The notes below the pieces were generated by a model. That model ran no database searches, was not told the origin of the DNA, and saw only the letters and a program-made list of their open reading frames with translations. A DNA stretch of 64,000 nucleotides from an uncultured bacterium. Its GTDB lineage: Bacteria > Oederibacteriota > JAAXVQ01 > JAUVAV01. The stretch spans positions 1 to 64,000 of the forward strand of contig CAVQBK010000003.1 of the NCBI GenBank assembly GCA_963710755.1. Direction: 5' to 3'. Numbering within the stretch: the stretch's first letter is position 1; the number at the start of each line of letters is the position of its first letter. Made by a program: the position numbers and the translations under genes. This document shows positions 48,770 through 61,000 of the stretch, in pieces.

Positions 48770-50308
48770 TTATTTAAATAATTCGTCTGATTCCGGGATA
48801 TGATCTGCTTTTAGGCGCATTGGCTCCCAAGGATAGAAGGACAAGATAACGGCAATGGCTCCTGTCGCCACCAGCCATGTCACTCCGATTGACACCAACG
48901 ACGCTACCGGATAACCTTCGTATGGCTTTGCCAATTCGGTCATCACCGACCGTATCAGCATGACCACCAAAATCGCGGGCGTCAGATATTTAATCAAATA
49001 ATCCCAGCCCTTTTTTAATTTCACGCCTGTACTGACATTGATGTGCCGTCTTAATACAGCCGCCTTGAGCACATAGCCCACCACCAGGCTTTCCAAAAGC
49101 CCGGCTACCACCAGGCCATATTGGTTTAAAAAATGATCCACAATATCCAACCAATACAGGCCCGCCCCTGAGGTGAAAACCAGCGAACCCCCGGCACCCA
49201 ACAAGCAAAGCACGGTGACCAGCATCTTTCTGGACCATTTGAATTTGTCCATCAGCGCGCTGGTCATGGCTTCAATAATAGAAACCCCGGAGGATAATCC
49301 GGCGATCATCAAAGACGAAAAAAACAAAATTCCAAAGAGTTCCCTTAAATAGGGTAATTTGGAGATAGCTTCTGGAAACACCACAAACGCCAGAATTGGT
49401 CCTGATTTGACCACCTCGCTGATGGGTAAGCCTTTACTCTGGCTCAAATAGCCTAAAACCGCAAACACTGCAAACCCGACCACAAAGGAGTATAAACAAT
49501 TGGCCAGACTGGTAAGCCAGGCATTCTGGACCAGATCGCTTTTCTTGGGAAGGTAGCTGGCATAGGCGATCATGATACCGAACCCAATGGAGAGGGTAAA
49601 GAAGATCTGACCATAAGCCGCCATCCACACCTTAAGGTCGAGCAATTTGCTCCAATCAGGCTTTAAATAGTAGGCAATGCCTTCGCGTGCACCAGGCAGA
49701 GTGAGCCCCCACCCCACCATAATCAAGGTGGTGATGACCAGCACAGGCATGAAAATTTTACAGGCCCGTTCAATCCCGCGATGGACTTCACGGTAATTGA
49801 TCACCCAGGTGATCCCCCACATCAGCAGGGTAGCCGCTAAAATGAGCGGTCTAAGACCGCCCAACTGACCAGGCCCCTTGGTCAGACCCAAATAATCATG
49901 CAGGAAAAACTGCTGTGCATCAGCACCCCAGGCCAGATTAAAGGAAAAAACCACAAAATTAGCGCACCAGCCTATCACCACCTGGTAATAGAACATAATG
50001 CCGAACATCACAAAAACCGGCATCCACCAGCCCAGCACTTCCAAAGGCCGCTTGATTTTAGCGAAAGCCAACGGGCTGGACGCTTGCTGCTTGTGGCCCA
50101 AGCCGTATTCCAGTATGAGCAAAGGAATACCTGCGGTTAACAACGCAGTAAAATAGGGCACCAAAAAGGCACCGCCCCCGTTGGTATAGGCTATATAGGA
50201 AAAGCGCCAAATATTACCCAATCCAATAGCTGACCCAATGGCTGCCAACAAGAATCCCCAATTTGAAGAAAAAGCCCCTCGTTCTTGGCCTGCTGCAGTA
50301 GTCTCCAT
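48770..50308 (-). CDS. Sodium-dependent transporter (NSS/SNF family)
   Basis: GSAIGLGNIWRF.Y....GGGAFL.PY, W..AYGQIFFTLS.GFG. Confidence 0.93.
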   Translation of the reverse strand: METTAAGQERGAFSSNWGFLLAAIGSAIGLGNIWRFSYIAYTNGGGAFLVPYFTALLTAGIPLLILEYGLGHKQQASSPLAFAKIKRPLEVLGWWMPVFVMFGIMFYYQVVIGWCANFVVFSFNLAWGADAQQFFLHDYLGLTKGPGQLGGLRPLILAATLLMWGITWVINYREVHRGIERACKIFMPVLVITTLIMVGWGLTLPGAREGIAYYLKPDWSKLLDLKVWMAAYGQIFFTLSIGFGIMIAYASYLPKKSDLVQNAWLTSLANCLYSFVVGFAVFAVLGYLSQSKGLPISEVVKSGPILAFVVFPEAISKLPYLRELFGILFFSSLMIAGLSSGVSIIEAMTSALMDKFKWSRKMLVTVLCLLGAGGSLVFTSGAGLYWLDIVDHFLNQYGLVVAGLLESLVVGYVLKAAVLRRHINVSTGVKLKKGWDYLIKYLTPAILVVMLIRSVMTELAKPYEGYPVASLVSIGVTWLVATGAIAVILSFYPWEPMRLKADHIPESDELFK

Positions 50309-50369
50309 AGGCCCCCCTATAAAATAGCAACACAGGTTGTGAAGGGTTCACAACCTGTGTCAGGAAAAA

Positions 50370-50398
50370 ATGATAGCTGTTCACCTCAGGCCTGTCAA
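50370..50398 (-). promoter_or_regulatory. sigma70 promoter for the NSS-Ktr genes
   Basis: Minus strand reads TTGACA-N17-TATCAT. Confidence 0.75.
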
Positions 50399-50510
50399 TA
50401 TAGAAATAGGTGCTGCCGCACCTTGCTGCAAGCTCATGGCAGGCGGTCTACCGGCCGATACTTAGCGAAGACCAACTATTGATCTTTGCCCGGTATCAGG
50501 GAGGAACATC

Positions 50511-51062
50511 ATGCCCAATTTAAAAGGTACGGATATTGTCAGCGTTAAAACCCTGCTTACCCAGGCAGGTGAGCCTGTACTGCAAGCGTTTCTCAAATCG
50601 CTGTCAGCAGAAGCCAAAACCCAGTTCCCCAAAATCATGGCTGTTTCCTGGGTACCGGTAACAATGGCCAGTGAGATTTTTGAAAAAGCAGCTCATATCC
50701 TTTATCCACACCAGTCTAATGCAGTGGAACCCCTGGCTCGGGCCTGTGCTGACGATCATTTTAAGGGAATTTATAAATTTCTGGTGCCTCTCTTCGCCTC
50801 TCCCATGGGGGTGATCAAGCGGTCTTCCAAGCTGTGGCGTACCTTTTATGATGAAGGTGAGGGATCGATCGAAGAGGAAAACCTGACTGAGCGCAAAGCC
50901 GTCTTCGTGGTTAAAGGCAATCCGGGATTAACCAGTGCTAATTTAGAGTTTATCGGCGGCTGGTCGGCCCGGGCTCTGGAAATAGCAGGCGCCAAAAAAG
51001 TCAATTACACCATCGAAGCCCAGGATCCCTCCTGCTGGAAATGGCGTTTTGCCTGGTTTTAA
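50511..51062 (+). CDS. Hypothetical protein, DUF2378/TIGR02265-like
   Basis: RBS GGAGG; KG near the start, SWVP, LWRTFYD.G, GW...LE.AG pattern. Confidence 0.55.
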   Translation: MPNLKGTDIVSVKTLLTQAGEPVLQAFLKSLSAEAKTQFPKIMAVSWVPVTMASEIFEKAAHILYPHQSNAVEPLARACADDHFKGIYKFLVPLFASPMGVIKRSSKLWRTFYDEGEGSIEEENLTERKAVFVVKGNPGLTSANLEFIGGWSARALEIAGAKKVNYTIEAQDPSCWKWRFAWF

Positions 51063-51081
51063 GAAGCACCTAATTTAACCT

Positions 51082-51495
51082 CTACTCCCCCATGACTTTG
51101 ATCACCAGCCGTTTGGGACGCTGGCCGTCAAACTCCGCATAAAATACGGTTTGCCACGGCCCCAGATCGAGGTCACCATTGGTAATCGGCAGGATCACCT
51201 GATGATGAACCAGCAGATTTTTCAAATGGGCATCGCCATTGGTTTCACCCGTGTCATGATGGCGATAACCTTTTTTAAAAGGCGCCAACTGTTCCAGCCA
51301 TTCCATGATGTCCTGGTGCAATCCCGGCTCATTGTCATTGACAATCACCCCGGCGGTGATGTGCATGGCCGACACCAGCACCATGCCCTCTTGTATCTGT
51401 GATGCCCTGACGGCTTCTGCCACATCAGGTGTAATATTGATCAGTTCCTTGAGCTTCTTGGTGTTAAAGGTTTTATAAACCGTATGACTTTTCAT
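51082..51495 (-). CDS. yjbQ: YjbQ/UPF0047 family protein
   Basis: HITAG..VND.E, NGDAHLK, LDLGPWQ....EFDG.R. Confidence 0.9.
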   Translation of the reverse strand: MKSHTVYKTFNTKKLKELINITPDVAEAVRASQIQEGMVLVSAMHITAGVIVNDNEPGLHQDIMEWLEQLAPFKKGYRHHDTGETNGDAHLKNLLVHHQVILPITNGDLDLGPWQTVFYAEFDGQRPKRLVIKVMGE

Positions 51496-51628
51496 AGGCC
51501 CTCCTTAAATGTTCCCGGCGCTGGTTATTATGGTTAGTGCGGTTGCCGGCCTGTCGACGCAACCGGTAAAATCGCAGGTCAGGATTGTTGGACATTCCGG
51601 CAGGCGCAATGCCCGGGACGGATTCCAC

Positions 51629-53851
51629 TTAGTTTAGCACATCCTTAAAATCAATGTCTTCTGTTCCTAGAATAATCAGGGTATCAGGAAAATCCTTTAT
51701 GCAGCTCATAAAATTAATATAGTAATCAGCGTAATCCTCCACGGCTTCTTCCGCCTGGGGCGGCCGCAGGCCCATAAAAATAAGGTCCGCCTCTTGGGAG
51801 TGGTTTTTGATGCGGCTGGTAATATGCTCCTGGCCGATGGGATCGACTATCACTTCACTGGTGGCCTTGATGCGCGACGTTTTAAAATATCCGTCCATAT
51901 AGTCCTGAATGGGCGCCAGGGCCTCTTCTGATTCAACCAACGTTTTGATGATCAGTTCCGAGTTTGCCCATTCCCGGCTGTTCTGCAGCATATGCCCCAG
52001 GGTCAACATGAATTCCGCATTATGCTGCTGACCGCGCCACCAGCAAATGATACGCTTGTGTTCATGGGAAAAAGGCAGGCTTTCATCACCCTCGTGAAAG
52101 ATCAGGATATTGCGCCTGGCCAGATGAATCTGGCGGATCAACTCTGCAAAGGGTACCAGATTTTCCGTCCGTTGAATTTCGCCGAATAAAAAGGTGTTGG
52201 GTGCCAAGGGCCCCATGCCATAGGTTTTGATTAATTCGCGGGCACCGGTCATGAATTGATCGGCAAAATTGACCTCCACCAAGGCCTGCACCTTACGGTC
52301 TTTTAAAAAGGCATAAATAGAATCTTCCATGCTTTCAATTTTGTCCTTGGCCATCTCCGCCTTTTGCACAATGGCGGCCACCGTAAAAAAACCCTTGCCC
52401 TGAGTCAGGGCATTCCCCAATTGAATCAGGTGCCAGCGCTGGCTGGGGGCACCGCTGAGCACAAACAGATTGGGACGCCAGGACTTGGCATTGGGCCGGT
52501 GTTTGGCCAGGTGATAAATGGAAAAACGGGCCAGGGTCATAAGTAGGCCATGGCGCATGTCCGCCCAGCCAGTGCCCAATTGCCAGCGGGAAATCCAGAA
52601 ATACAGGCCTATTACAATAATGACCGCCACCATGGTGGCACCGGCATTGATCATCAGCATGGCCGCCAGGCATAAGCCCGCCCCTAAAATAGAAATCCAC
52701 CAGGGTGGTTTCAAAGACGGACGCCACGAGGGATTGCCCATGATGCCTTCCACCCCGGCAATAAGATTAAGCGCACCATAGGCTGCCAGGAAAAACATGG
52801 ATAATACAGGGGCTATGGAATTAAGATCGCCGAAATAAATGGCGGCCAGAGCAATGGCAAAGGACAACAAAATGGCCAGACGCGGCTCAGCCGAAGGTCC
52901 AAAACTTTTGCCCAGCACCCGCGGCACCACCCGGTCCTGGGCCAAGGCCTGCAGCGTTCTGGGGGCGGCCAGAATGGAACTCAGCGCTGACGACAGGGTG
53001 GCTCCCCAAATGCCAAGCAGAATCAATTCCCGCACCAGGGCCACCCGGTAAATGATCATGGGGTCCTGCTGCAGAATTTGCCTGGGCACGATGAAATTCA
53101 GAAAAAAGGCAATGGCCAAATAGATGACGTAACCGGTCGCCACAGAGGCCAAGGTGCCCAGGGGCAGGGCTCGGGCCGGATTCTTCAAGTCTCCTGACAT
53201 GGACAGGCCCGATAAAATACCGGTCACAGCTGGAAAGAAAACCGCGAAAACCTTCCAAAACCCGACCGTGGCCAGTACCCGCGCTGGTTGCGGCTCAAAA
53301 GGCATGGGCTTGAGTGTTCCTAAAAACAAGGACCCCAAGGAACCTAAAATCAAGATAAAGATCAGCAATTGGGTTTTAAGCACAATGGTGGTGGAGAGAT
53401 AGGCCAGCACCACCATGATCACCAAGGTGGTCATGGCCAGCTGCATCAGTGAAATTCCCGGGAAAAAGCGGCCAATGGATTCGGAAAACCCGGCCAGATA
53501 AAAGGCAATGCCCACCACCTGCGCCAAAAACAAAGGCAACCCCACCGCAGCGCCGGCTTCCACGCCAAAAGAACGGGAAACCATATAATAAGCACCCCCG
53601 GTCTTGACCCGCATATTGGTGGCAATGGCGGAAATGGACAATCCGGTGATAAAGGTGATGATCGAGGCCAAAGTAATTATCAGGAGTGTATGCGCCAGCC
53701 CGGCCTGGCCAACCACCCAGCCCATGCGCAGGTACATAATCACGCCCAGGATGGTCAGGGTGCTGGGCAGATAAACGCCAAAAAAAGTGCCGTATTTTTT
53801 AGCCGGGCTTTTACCGGTCCCTTGACCTGCAGCTTCGATTTTATCGGTCAT
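51629..53851 (-). CDS. Prokaryotic cation-chloride cotransporter (SLC12/CCC-like, APC superfamily)
   Basis: GVIMYLRMGWVVGQAG, GGAYYMVSRSFG.E.G, FFPAVTGI..G..SGDLKNP, KSWRPN and a C-terminal cytoplasmic domain. Confidence 0.85.
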   Translation of the reverse strand: MTDKIEAAGQGTGKSPAKKYGTFFGVYLPSTLTILGVIMYLRMGWVVGQAGLAHTLLIITLASIITFITGLSISAIATNMRVKTGGAYYMVSRSFGVEAGAAVGLPLFLAQVVGIAFYLAGFSESIGRFFPGISLMQLAMTTLVIMVVLAYLSTTIVLKTQLLIFILILGSLGSLFLGTLKPMPFEPQPARVLATVGFWKVFAVFFPAVTGILSGLSMSGDLKNPARALPLGTLASVATGYVIYLAIAFFLNFIVPRQILQQDPMIIYRVALVRELILLGIWGATLSSALSSILAAPRTLQALAQDRVVPRVLGKSFGPSAEPRLAILLSFAIALAAIYFGDLNSIAPVLSMFFLAAYGALNLIAGVEGIMGNPSWRPSLKPPWWISILGAGLCLAAMLMINAGATMVAVIIVIGLYFWISRWQLGTGWADMRHGLLMTLARFSIYHLAKHRPNAKSWRPNLFVLSGAPSQRWHLIQLGNALTQGKGFFTVAAIVQKAEMAKDKIESMEDSIYAFLKDRKVQALVEVNFADQFMTGARELIKTYGMGPLAPNTFLFGEIQRTENLVPFAELIRQIHLARRNILIFHEGDESLPFSHEHKRIICWWRGQQHNAEFMLTLGHMLQNSREWANSELIIKTLVESEEALAPIQDYMDGYFKTSRIKATSEVIVDPIGQEHITSRIKNHSQEADLIFMGLRPPQAEEAVEDYADYYINFMSCIKDFPDTLIILGTEDIDFKDVLN

Positions 53852-53957
53852 TGTGCATGCCCCTTGGCCGGCGTTTGATAACCATAGTTACGGCAGGAAG
53901 GATAAATCAGCTTACCATCCCAAGTCATGCGCCTTGACGATCAAGCCGGACTGGAGC

Positions 53958-54950
53958 TTAAGCAATCAACCCAACCTTGCGGTGCACCTTGGCTAACATT
54001 TTTTCCGCTTCCACCTGCGCGGCTTGGGCGCCCTGGCGGACGACCTGTTGCAGGTAAGCTTTATCGTGAATAAGTTTTTGGTAGGTTTCCTGGATGGGAG
54101 TTAAAAAGGCAATCACCGCCTCGGCGCATTTTTGTTTAAAGGCGCCATAGCCCTGGCCTCGAAAATCCTGCTCAATGGACTCCAGGGGCTGATGGGTGAC
54201 CATGCTGTAGATAGTCATGAGGTTGGAAATGCCCGCTTTTTGTGCTTCGTCATAACGGACCTCAGTCTCCAGATCAGTGACAGCTTTTTTAAACTTCTTC
54301 TCAATGACCTTGGGATCGTCGAGCAAGGCAATATAACCCTGGGGATTGGGATCGGATTTGGACATCTTGGCCCCCGGATCCTGGAGACTCATGATACGGG
54401 CGCCGACAGGCGGAATGTAGGGTTCAGGCACCACAAAGGTCTCGCCATGATAGTGGTTGAAACGCTCGGCTAAGTTGCGGGCCAATTCCAAATGCTGTTT
54501 TTGATCGGCCCCCACGGGCACCAGATTGGTGCTGTAAAGCAGAATGTCCGCGGCCATTAGCACCGGGTAATCAAAAAGCCCTACATTGATATTCTTTTCG
54601 TGCTTAGCCGACTTGTCCTTGAACTGGGTCATGCGGCTGAGCTCACCCATATAGGTGTAACAATTGAGAATCCAACTGAGCTGGGCATGGGCCGGCACAT
54701 GGGATTGCACAAAAAGCGTACATTTGGCCGGGTCCAGACCGCAGGCAATGTATTGGGCGATAAAGGAAAAGCACCTCTCCTGGAGGGCTTGGGGCTCCTG
54801 TTTTACGGTGATGGCATGCAGGTCCACCAAGGTAAAGTAGCATTGGTACTGGTCCATCAACTCAATCCAATTTTTTATGGCCCCGATATAATTGCCGATC
54901 ATCAAGTTTCCCGAAGGCTGAATACCGCTGAACAAGACTTTTTGTTCCAT
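53958..54950 (-). CDS. trpS: Tryptophanyl-tRNA synthetase
   Basis: FSGIQPSG.L.IGNY, YPVLMAADIL, VPVG.DQKQHLE, KMSKS. Confidence 0.97.
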   Translation of the reverse strand: MEQKVLFSGIQPSGNLMIGNYIGAIKNWIELMDQYQCYFTLVDLHAITVKQEPQALQERCFSFIAQYIACGLDPAKCTLFVQSHVPAHAQLSWILNCYTYMGELSRMTQFKDKSAKHEKNINVGLFDYPVLMAADILLYSTNLVPVGADQKQHLELARNLAERFNHYHGETFVVPEPYIPPVGARIMSLQDPGAKMSKSDPNPQGYIALLDDPKVIEKKFKKAVTDLETEVRYDEAQKAGISNLMTIYSMVTHQPLESIEQDFRGQGYGAFKQKCAEAVIAFLTPIQETYQKLIHDKAYLQQVVRQGAQAAQVEAEKMLAKVHRKVGLIA

Positions 54951-55002
54951 AGAACCTCGCATGTATCAAGACACTGGTGCCGTGGCGTAGAAAACGTTGG
55001 CC

Positions 55003-55030
55003 ATTATACATTAAACCGCACAATTATCAA
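55003..55030 (-). promoter_or_regulatory. Probable sigma70 promoter of trpS
   Basis: Minus strand reads TTGATA-N16-TATAAT. Confidence 0.55.
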
Positions 55031-55041
55031 GAATGGATAAG

Positions 55042-55092
55042 GCCATAAAAAAGCCCCGGACCCGGTTATCCAGGCCGAGGCTTTTTTATGGC
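55042..55092 (-). terminator. Intrinsic terminator after the large glycoside hydrolase gene
   Basis: GCCATAAAAAAGCC / GGCTTTTTTATGGC flank a GC-rich stem. Confidence 0.85.
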
Positions 55093-55098
55093 TGTCTT

Positions 55099-58000
55099 TT
55101 ACTTGATAATGGCAATCTTCTTGATCTTGTTAATCATGATGTCACCATGATCATTTTCAACGACGATTCGCGCCAAATAAATACCTGGCGCCACCTGCCG
55201 GGCATCCCACCGTGCTTCTCCGGTTTGACCGGAACCTCCGCTTTGATCCTTTTCAATCCTGGCTACCAGGTCACCGGTGATTTTGTAAACATAGATCTGG
55301 ACCCGGCCGGTTTCGTTCATTTCAAAGAGGAATTTGACCGTGTCCCTGGCAGGATTGGGATAAACCAGCACCTTGTCGCCTTTCCAAAGCTTGGAGTAAT
55401 CCATGGTGGGCGTGACCGTTGCTGTGGGCGTGGCATCATTTACGGGGGTAACAGTGGGAACAACACCGGCCAATTGGCCTGACAACTTGCCTGGGATAGT
55501 GCTGTTAGCCGACATGCGTGCCGCCGCTGCCTGAACCACCCCGGTGCCCAGGCTAATATTATCAATATAAAAGGTGCCGCTGCCCGCCAAACCCGCCTGC
55601 GGGAAGAACATGATCTGATTGACTTTGGTCTTGTCGCAAGCGCCCCAATTAAGGGTGGAATAGTCGATCACCTTGGTCTCCCATAAACTCGCTTCCGTGC
55701 TGGTGAAATCCAATTCACCGGAGGGTTGATTATTGATGTCGATGAATTTCATTCTAAAGGTCACCTGGCCTTTAATGTTCATGGCCAGTTTGGTGTCGAC
55801 CGAAAAGTCATGCAGATTGCCGCTGGCCATTAAATTACCGGCCGTGATGTTGGCCCAAATTTCAGATTCAGGCTTGTTATAGGTCACCATCAGGCAATTG
55901 CCGTCACTGTTGGGCACGGTACCGGTGGTGGTAAAGGCAAAGATATTGCTGCCGCTGCCGCTCCACTGGGCATCTCTGCGGCCAGGTTCATCGCCGGGCT
56001 GCCCGTCATTTTCAAAATCATCAATCAAGTTGGCTGCAACCTGGTAATCCCCCAGCCTGAGATCATCGAGATAAAAGCTTCCTGATCCGCGCCGTCCTGG
56101 TTGCGGAATCAGCACCAGACTTCGGATTTGGGAAGCGTTGCAACTGAGCCAATTGACAGCACTGTAGTCAAAAGTGATCACACGCCAAGTGTCGGGATTT
56201 TGGACACTGATGGTCTGAATATCTCCGGACTGTTGATCATTGAAATCCTTGAACTTGAGCAACAGATCCACCGTCCCCAGGACGCGCATGCTGATTTTAG
56301 TGGTGGTGGAAAAATTAGTCTGGTCTCCCCGTTCAAGATACATTTTATTTTCCAAACTGGACCAATCATCATTGGGTTTGTTGTAGTCCACCTTCAACAA
56401 GCTGGTATTGTTGCCCTTGACATTCTCCACCAAGGCGGCTGTGATCGGTCCGTTAGCTTGCTGCCATTCACTGTCGTTTTCATTCATGGCATTGTCCAGG
56501 CTGTGGTCATTGTCAAAGTTGTCGATCACAGGATCGGTGTTGACACCAGGCGTAGGGGTGGCTGTGAGCAGGTTAAGATCACCGATACTGGCAATCACAC
56601 CATCCAAGGCTCCGCCACCGTAAATTTTCTGAAAGGCCTGGGAGGAAACAGGGTAATCGGACGACGCCGTATTGCCGCCCAGAATTAAGTCACCCCGCTG
56701 ATTGAAGCTAATACCCAGATGCTGATGGCTGCCGCTTTCATCGGCCGAACCTCCAATGCGCTTGCCCCAGCGTATCTGTCCCTCTCTGGTGAGGTTGAGT
56801 ACAAACAAATCACTGTCATTGACGGAGTGCCCGGCCTCCGGGAAGTTGGCAGATTTCGTGGTGCCGTAAATCCATAGGTCATGATCATTGCCAAGAGCAA
56901 TCGCCTTACATTGATCCTCACCATCACCGCCCAGAAAACGGGTATAGGCAATAGTATAGGTAGCATTGTCAGCACCAGGAACGATCTTGACCAGAATGCC
57001 GTCTTTGACCCCGGCAAAGCTGGCTTGACCAGGAGTGTTAATCATGGGGAAATCGGGTTCATAAGTGTACCCTGTTGCGTATATCGTGCCGTCGTCATCA
57101 ATGGCCAAGCCGGTGAAGGCCGTATCGAGGTGATCGTTTTCAGGACCGAGGTAGGTACTGAATTCAAAATGAGAACCGTCTGCGCTGAGCACCGCGAAGG
57201 TGGCATCTCCGCCCCCACTGTTGGGATAGGGCACATTATTAACATCGTCCCAATAGTTGCCCGCCATGGGGAAGTTGGTCGATTGGGTCCCATTGGCCAG
57301 GTAAACCTTGCCTTGTTTGACGGCCAGAAAGGCAACTGGTTCCCACCAGTTGCCGCCTACATAGGTGGAATAAACCGGTCTGTTGGCGCCAATATCGAAT
57401 TTGGTTACGAACCCGTCACCATAGCCTCCAAACTGAGTTTGAGCCGCACCAGCGGTGACAGGAAAACTACCGTGGGTGAATCCACCTATATAAACCACAT
57501 CAGGTTCTTCCATATCCAAGCAGAAACCATAATCCCAATTGGGGCCTCCGAGAAAGGTGCTGTACAGCAACCGGCTGCCAGTGGGGTCCAACTTGGCCAG
57601 ATAAGCGTCCCGCGGGGAGTAGGCGCCATGGATGGTGGTATTGTAGGCGCCTGCTGTCACAGGAAAATCAGGTGACCAGGTAGCACCGGTCAAGTAAATA
57701 TTGCCCTGGTGGTCGAGCTTGATGCCCATAATGCTATCCTGGCTGCTGCCCCCCAAATAAGTACAGTATTGCAGGTCCAGCGTTTGACCATTGTCACGGA
57801 AGATGGCCAAAAATCCGTCCACGCGGTTGGGCTCCGTGCCGTTATTGTGCTTGTCCAGGGCATTGCTGGTAATGGGTAAGTCGGTAGAAGTGGTTTCACC
57901 CACCACGTAGAGTTTGTCTCCTTGCATCAGCATATCATTGATCGTATCCTTGCCCGACCCGCCGAAGAAGGTATTATACTTGAGGCCACCAGGGGTGCAG

Positions 58001-61000
58001 GAAGGCGTCGCGGTCGGCGTAGGGGTGGCTGTCCTGGTCATGGTCGGCGTAGGTGACGGGGTGGGCGTCGCTGCATTGGTCTTATCCATTTCAATATCAT
58101 CAAGTTGCAGTGTGCCCTGTCCCGTTTGTCCGGGCTTGATGAAAAAGAGAATGTCCTTGATCTCCCTGGGGTTGCACTCGCCCCAGTCGATATGTTGAAG
58201 ATCCCAGGTTACGGTTTGCCAAGAATCAGGGGCATTGATGGTGAGGATGCCCGAGTCCGGTGATTCTTTGCCATAACGATCCCGGAATTTAAGCAGCACT
58301 GTGGTTTGTCCATGCGCCCGAAAGCGAAACTGATCATAACCCATCACATAGCTAAGATTGGCAGGGTTGGTCAAATCACCGAGCACCACGTAATCCCACT
58401 CGCTGCCAGCGCCCTTGTTAAAGTCGATTCTCAAGAGGGGGCTGGTGTTGCCGGCGATATAGTTTTCCGTGGTCATGGCATAGGTTTGCGGGCTGGGGCT
58501 CCACCATTGGCCGTCACGCTGATCAGGGGTATCATTTAAACGGGCATCTTGATCAAAATTATCGATCAAGCTTTTATTGAAGCCCATTTGTTGTTTGGCT
58601 TCTGTGATGGGAGCGTAGGCATTGGTACTGGCCCAAATGAAACCAGTCCGGTAATTTTCAATGCCCATCACCATGGACCCAAGGTCGATCCCAATTACAT
58701 CGGGACCCACCCAACCCTGCCCGCTCCTGGCTTGGGCATCCAGGCTTTGAGGGGCGTCCAGATTATACCCATCGGCAAAACCAAAGCGCCCCCACAGAAA
58801 GTGCTTATATTGAAAATACATCTTGCGCAAGGTGGCAATGGACTGCTCGGGATAAAAAGGTATAGCCGCGGCCACGATGCTGGGATTGACCGTGCCATCG
58901 TTGCTGCCGGCCTGAGGTTTGTACTCACGGTAGCTAAAGGTTGACCCGGGCGCACCGGGCACAGGGCCATCCCCAGAGGTCAGCCCCCAGCCGCCCTGGG
59001 CATAGGTTGGGTGGCTGCTGTTGGCCTGGCAAAAAAGCCGGTTGGCTGCTGCCGCCTGCTGGCTGTTGAGAAAATAATCATTTTTGGCATCACTGCTTTG
59101 GCGCAGGTCGATGAAACTTTGAGGATAGATCTGGCGAAAGAGCGGCGGTGCATCCTGCTTGTCCGTCATATAAACCTGATTAAACTCCTGGCGCCAGACC
59201 TGCGCTTGATGCCACCAGGCTGCCGGTGAAACCGGATGGGAAGCACCGGTGCCCATCAAATAAATCAGGGCGCCTTCATTATATCCGTCCCAGGTCCATG
59301 GTTCAAATCCGCTTTCAGGGTTCCAGTGCATGGCCACCATGCCCTGCGCTTGCTGGTTGGTAAACCAGGGCCAGTTGACCCGGTCTAAAATAGTCGCGCT
59401 ATCCTGCTGTATGGACGCGGAAGTGAACGCCTGCCTCACCGTAGCTACGCCGGCCAACAGGATGGCCGAATCAATGGAAGACAATTCCGAGTCTGCGGAC
59501 CGCTGTCCGGTTTGGATGTCCAAAAAGTGAAAGAAAAATCCCTCCTTGTGGACCAGACCTGTTTCCTGGCCGGTGGTAAAAGGCGCCGCCTGTGCAAGGG
59601 TGCGTAAGATGGTGGTGACCTGTTCCTCCGCCGCGCTTGGCGGGATCCAGCCCCGTGACATACCGGCCGCCAGGGCGCCCAAGCCAAATCCCACAGCCGC
59701 CGTGCTGGCGTTGCTCCAGTAACCGTCAAACTGGTTGTGAAGCCGGTCGCTGACCAGCCCATTGGCCGGGTTAACACCGCTGCGTTCATTATCCTGAGGT
59801 ATAAAATAAGACAGGCTTTTTCGTTCCACAAAATCCAGGAAGGCCTCGTTGCTGACATTAAGCGCGTCCACCTCAATCGCATTGATCATGGCCGCACCCA
59901 CACTGACATGAGGGAAACTGATGTCCAGGGTCTCATGGTTGACTTGAAGGCCGGTTTGCACCTCATAAGGTGTCTGGAAACCGGCAGCCTGGAACACATC
60001 CAGATGCGAGGCTACCGGTTGCCCGTTGACCGCTACGTCAAACACGCGCTGTCCAGACTGATGGTAGGTATTCTCCTGGAAATAAAGTCTGACCTGGTAA
60101 GCTCCATTGGGCAGGTTAAAACGATAATGCATTTGTTCATGGCCCTCGCGCCAGGTGACCATTCGGTTATGATCCGGCTCGGTGCTTTCCACGGTTTTAA
60201 CCGTGCCGTTCTCATAGCCCCACCGGTTTTGGGAGGCAAAAGCCTCATCCGTCATCCAGAGCTTGCCTGTACTATCCACACTTTTGGTGCCGCCGCAATT
60301 GAGCCGGAACGCTTCCCCGCCGGTGGGATCAGCCGTGGTGTAGGCATCCATGGCGTCGGTCAAACTTGGCCCAGCAGTCACCTCAATCGCATTAATTTTG
60401 GGATTTTCAACGATGCTGCCGGTGGCAATAACAATGGTATTGCTGTAAGTGCCCTCGCCGGTCACCGTGACCTTGAAGGGTTTCACCACCGCCCGCAAGG
60501 CCCGGCCGCCGGTTTCTGCCATAATGTCAAAATGGGTCAAAACCTGATTGCCGTTGATGCTGACATTAAAAATGCGCCGGCCGATGCCCGTGCCACTTGA
60601 ATCTTGTACTCCAAAATACATTTCCGAAAAGAGCAGCTTGACATAATAAGTGCCCGGCCCGGGTACATCAACACGGTAAGCCGGCGCCTGGGTCCCGTTG
60701 CCCCAGCGTTCCTGCTGGTATAAAGGCCAGTCGAGAGTGTTTTCCAATTCATAACTGTCAAATTGGGCGGGATGATCCCCGGACAAGTACCCCCACTTAT
60801 ACTGGTTCTGGCTTTGAGCATAAGCCTGATCCGCCTGCCACACATAGCCGTGTGAATCCGTATAGGACTGGTCATGACCGCAGCGCACCCTTTGACTGAA
60901 TGACTCGGCTTGGACCGGTCCCAGCGTGGCGGCCAGCAGAAAAACCACTGGCCATAAATATCTAAAAAACGAAGCTAAAGCATGGCATGCAATTTTTAAC

